A stretch of DNA of 64,000 bases from an uncultured Collinsella sp. (GTDB lineage Bacteria; Actinomycetota; Coriobacteriia; Coriobacteriales; Coriobacteriaceae): positions 69,972-133,971 of the forward strand of contig CATZJG010000004.1 of NCBI GenBank assembly GCA_958420355.1. Direction: 5' to 3'. The stretch's first letter is position 1, and every line of letters starts with the position of its first letter. A model generated the notes under the pieces. It was not told the origin of the DNA and did no database searches. It saw only the letters and a program-made list of their open reading frames with translations. Below, piece after piece: positions 61,691-64,000 of the stretch. Position numbers and translations under genes: made by a program.

Positions 61691-64000
61691 ATGGCACAGG
61701 AATTCACTTTTACCGTTAACGGCGTCGAGCGCACGACGACCCAAAACAAACCGCTGCTGCGCTACCTGCGCGACGACCTGCATATCCATTCCGCCAAGGA
61801 CGGTTGCTCCGAAGGTGCTTGTGGCACCTGCACCATCCATGTGGACGGTGCAGCCGTCAAGGCGTGCGTGCTGACCACCGCTCTTGCCGCCGGTCGCAAC
61901 ATCGTGACCGTCGAGGGCCTGCCCGAGGACGTGCGCGAGGCCTTTGTGTACGCCTTTGGCGCTGTGGGCGCCGTGCAGTGCGGTTTTTGCATCCCTGGCA
62001 TGGTCATGGCGGGTGCGGCGCTCATCGCCGAGGACCCCGAGCCCACCGAGGAGCAGATCAAGTACGCCATTCGCGGTAACGTCTGCCGCTGCACCGGCTA
62101 CAAGAAGATTATCGAGGGCATTTCGCTGGCAGCCGCGGTGCTCCGCGGCGAAAAGCAGATCGACGAGGACCTGGAGCGCGGCGATGACTACGGCGTGGGC
62201 AAGCGCGCCTTCCGTATCGACGTGCGCAAGAAGGTGCTCGGCGAGGGCAAGTACCCCGACGACATCGACGAGCTCGACCAGCCGGGCCTGACCTATGCCA
62301 GCGCCGTGCGCTCGAAGTACCCGCGTGCCCGCGTGCTCTCCATCGATACCTCCAAGGCCGAGGCCCTGCCCGGCGTGGTAGGCATTCTGCGCGCCGAGGA
62401 CGTGCCGGTCAACCAGGTCGGCCACCTTATCCAGGACTGGGACGTCATGATCGCCCAGCGCGATGGCATCACCCGCTGCGTGGGTGATGCCATCGCGCTG
62501 GTGGTTGCCGAGGACGAGGCGACGCTCGAGAAGGCCAAGAAGCTCGTAAAGATCGATTACGAGCCGCTGGAGCCCGTGCGCAACATCGCCGAGGCCAAGG
62601 CCGCCGACGCCCCGCGCCTGCATGACAGTTTCTTTGCCTTTGGCAACACGGTGGAGCTCAAGGACAACGTGTGCCAGAGTCGCCATGTGACGCGTGGCGA
62701 CGCCGCCAAGGCGCTGGCGGAGAGCGCATTCACCGTGACGCAGCGCTTTACCACGCCCTTTACCGAGCATGCCTTCTTGGAGCCCGAGTGCGCCGTCGCC
62801 TTCCCGTACAAGAACGGCGTCAAGGTGCAGTCGACCGACCAGGGTGCCTACGATACGCGCAAAGAGTGCGCCCACATGTTTGGCTGGGACAACGAGCCCG
62901 AGCGTGTGGTCGTCGAGACCATGCTCGTGGGTGGCGGCTTTGGCGGCAAGGAGGACGTGTCCATTCAGCACTTGGCCGCGCTCGCTGCCTATAAGTTCCA
63001 GCGTCCTGTGAAGTGCAAGCTCACGCGTGCCGAGTCGCTTGCTTTCCATCCCAAGCGTCATGCCATGGACGGCGCCTTTACGCTGGGTTGCGACGCCGAG
63101 GGCAACTTTACCGGTTTGGATTGCGAGATCAACTTTGATACCGGAGCCTACGCGTCGCTGTGCGGCCCGGTGCTCGAGCGCGCCTGTACGCATGCCGTCG
63201 GCCCCTACAAGTACCAGAACACCGACATCCGCGGCTTTGGCTACTACACCAACAACCCGCCTGCCGGCGCGTACCGCGGCTTTGGCGTCTGTCAGTCCGA
63301 GTTTGCGCTCGAGAGCCTGATCGACCTGCTGGCCGAGAAGGTCGGCCTGGATCCGTGGGAGATCCGCTACCGTAACGCCATCGAGCCGGGCGAGGTTCTG
63401 CCCAACGGTCAGATTGCCGATTGCTCCACGGCGCTTAAAGAGACGCTGCTCGAGGTCAAGGATGCCTACTACGCGCATCCCGGACACGCCGGTATCGCCT
63501 GCGCCATGAAGAACGCCGGCGTGGGCGTGGGCCTGCCCGATGCCGGCCGCTGCAAGATCCGCATCGAGGATGGCCGCGCCGTGGTCTACGCCGCCACGTC
63601 CGACATCGGCCAGGGCTGTAACACCGTCTTTTTGCAAGACGTTGCCGAGGCCTGCGGTCTGCCGCTGAGCTGCATTGCCAATGGCGAGTGCTCCACCGAG
63701 AACGCTCCCGACTCCGGCACTACGTCTGGCTCGCGTCAGACGGTCGTGACCGGCGAGGCCGTGCGCGGCGCCGCCTTCCTGCTGCGCGATGCCATGGTTG
63801 GCATCGAGGCGGGCAAGCCTGCACCCGATGCTCCCGTGAGCGCGCATGGCGACGGCGTCAAGATCGAGTACGACGACGGTCGCGCCTATCAGCTGCGCGC
63901 GCAGGAGCTCGTCGCCGGCCAAGGTATGCATCCTCAGGATCCCGCGGCCGCCATCAAGGCGCTCGAGGGATGCGAGTTTGGCTACGTGTATCTGGAGCCG
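61691..64000 (+). CDS. xdhD: XdhD-like molybdopterin hydroxylase with a fused N-terminal 2Fe-2S domain (partial, continues beyond the window)
   Basis: The frame is open from ATG 61691 to the window end (770 codons). It is missing from the track because it has no in-window stop. CSEGACGTCT and QCGFCIPG...CRCTGY are 2Fe-2S motifs. The xanthine-dehydrogenase/aldehyde-oxidase large-subunit region follows (YRGFGV, EPECAVA). Confidence 0.9.
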   Translation, partial: MAQEFTFTVNGVERTTTQNKPLLRYLRDDLHIHSAKDGCSEGACGTCTIHVDGAAVKACVLTTALAAGRNIVTVEGLPEDVREAFVYAFGAVGAVQCGFCIPGMVMAGAALIAEDPEPTEEQIKYAIRGNVCRCTGYKKIIEGISLAAAVLRGEKQIDEDLERGDDYGVGKRAFRIDVRKKVLGEGKYPDDIDELDQPGLTYASAVRSKYPRARVLSIDTSKAEALPGVVGILRAEDVPVNQVGHLIQDWDVMIAQRDGITRCVGDAIALVVAEDEATLEKAKKLVKIDYEPLEPVRNIAEAKAADAPRLHDSFFAFGNTVELKDNVCQSRHVTRGDAAKALAESAFTVTQRFTTPFTEHAFLEPECAVAFPYKNGVKVQSTDQGAYDTRKECAHMFGWDNEPERVVVETMLVGGGFGGKEDVSIQHLAALAAYKFQRPVKCKLTRAESLAFHPKRHAMDGAFTLGCDAEGNFTGLDCEINFDTGAYASLCGPVLERACTHAVGPYKYQNTDIRGFGYYTNNPPAGAYRGFGVCQSEFALESLIDLLAEKVGLDPWEIRYRNAIEPGEVLPNGQIADCSTALKETLLEVKDAYYAHPGHAGIACAMKNAGVGVGLPDAGRCKIRIEDGRAVVYAATSDIGQGCNTVFLQDVAEACGLPLSCIANGECSTENAPDSGTTSGSRQTVVTGEAVRGAAFLLRDAMVGIEAGKPAPDAPVSAHGDGVKIEYDDGRAYQLRAQELVAGQGMHPQDPAAAIKALEGCEFGYVYLEP

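Noticed and set aside
58020-63931. 1012-aa and 853-aa minus-strand ORFs antisense to ygfK and xdhD
   Set aside because: The plus-strand frames carry clear Fe-S, dinucleotide-binding and molybdopterin-enzyme motifs. The antisense translations are compositionally biased nonsense.

Overview
This is a 64-kb chromosomal window from a high-GC bacterium. Gene content and protein sequences suggest Actinomycetota, probably Coriobacteriia-like, but that is inference only. About 60 CDS are supported. Most of the window is the translation/transcription core: rplJ-rplL, rpoB-rpoC, rpsL-rpsG-fusA-rpsJ, and rplC through rplX. These blocks are interrupted at several junctions that are contiguous in well-studied bacteria. 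galU lies between rplL and rpoB. A lower-GC ECF sigma/anti-sigma cassette lies between rpoC and rpsL. There is no tuf after fusA. About 14 kb lies between rpsJ and rplC (birA, a Firmicutes-style fabH-acpP-fabK-fabD-fabG-fabF-accB-fabZ-accC-accDA cluster, a PTS EIIC, a CDF transporter and a histidine phosphatase). The ribosomal-protein run stops after rplX. The left end carries asnS (partial), PTS EIIA, an esterase, feoAB, an MFS transporter, a GH13 enzyme, a UDG-family glycosylase, a hypothetical protein and an aminotransferase. The right end carries an oxidoreductase plus DeoR regulator, RluA, a U32 peptidase and RidA, followed by an ssnA/ygfK/xdhD-type purine or urate catabolism cluster that runs off the window. 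I saw no rRNA, tRNA, CRISPR array, cas gene, transposase or integrase. The most unusual signals are non-coding or domain-level: (1) a family of nested palindromic elements whose 77-bp TTAA-bracketed core is identical at three loci while the perfect outer arms differ or co-vary, all next to r-protein operon boundaries; (2) the sigma cassette, bounded by 28-bp inverted repeats and 192-bp direct repeats; (3) an alpha-CTD-like helix-hairpin-helix domain fused to the C-terminus of beta-prime; (4) a CxxC...CxxC version of L24; (5) a replaced and lengthened segment in an otherwise near-invariant part of RpoB; (6) two further repeat families, a three-unit hairpin array and a TGCCGGCA/GGGGACG unit array found at two distant loci. 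All functional calls come from reading the translations. No database search was run.
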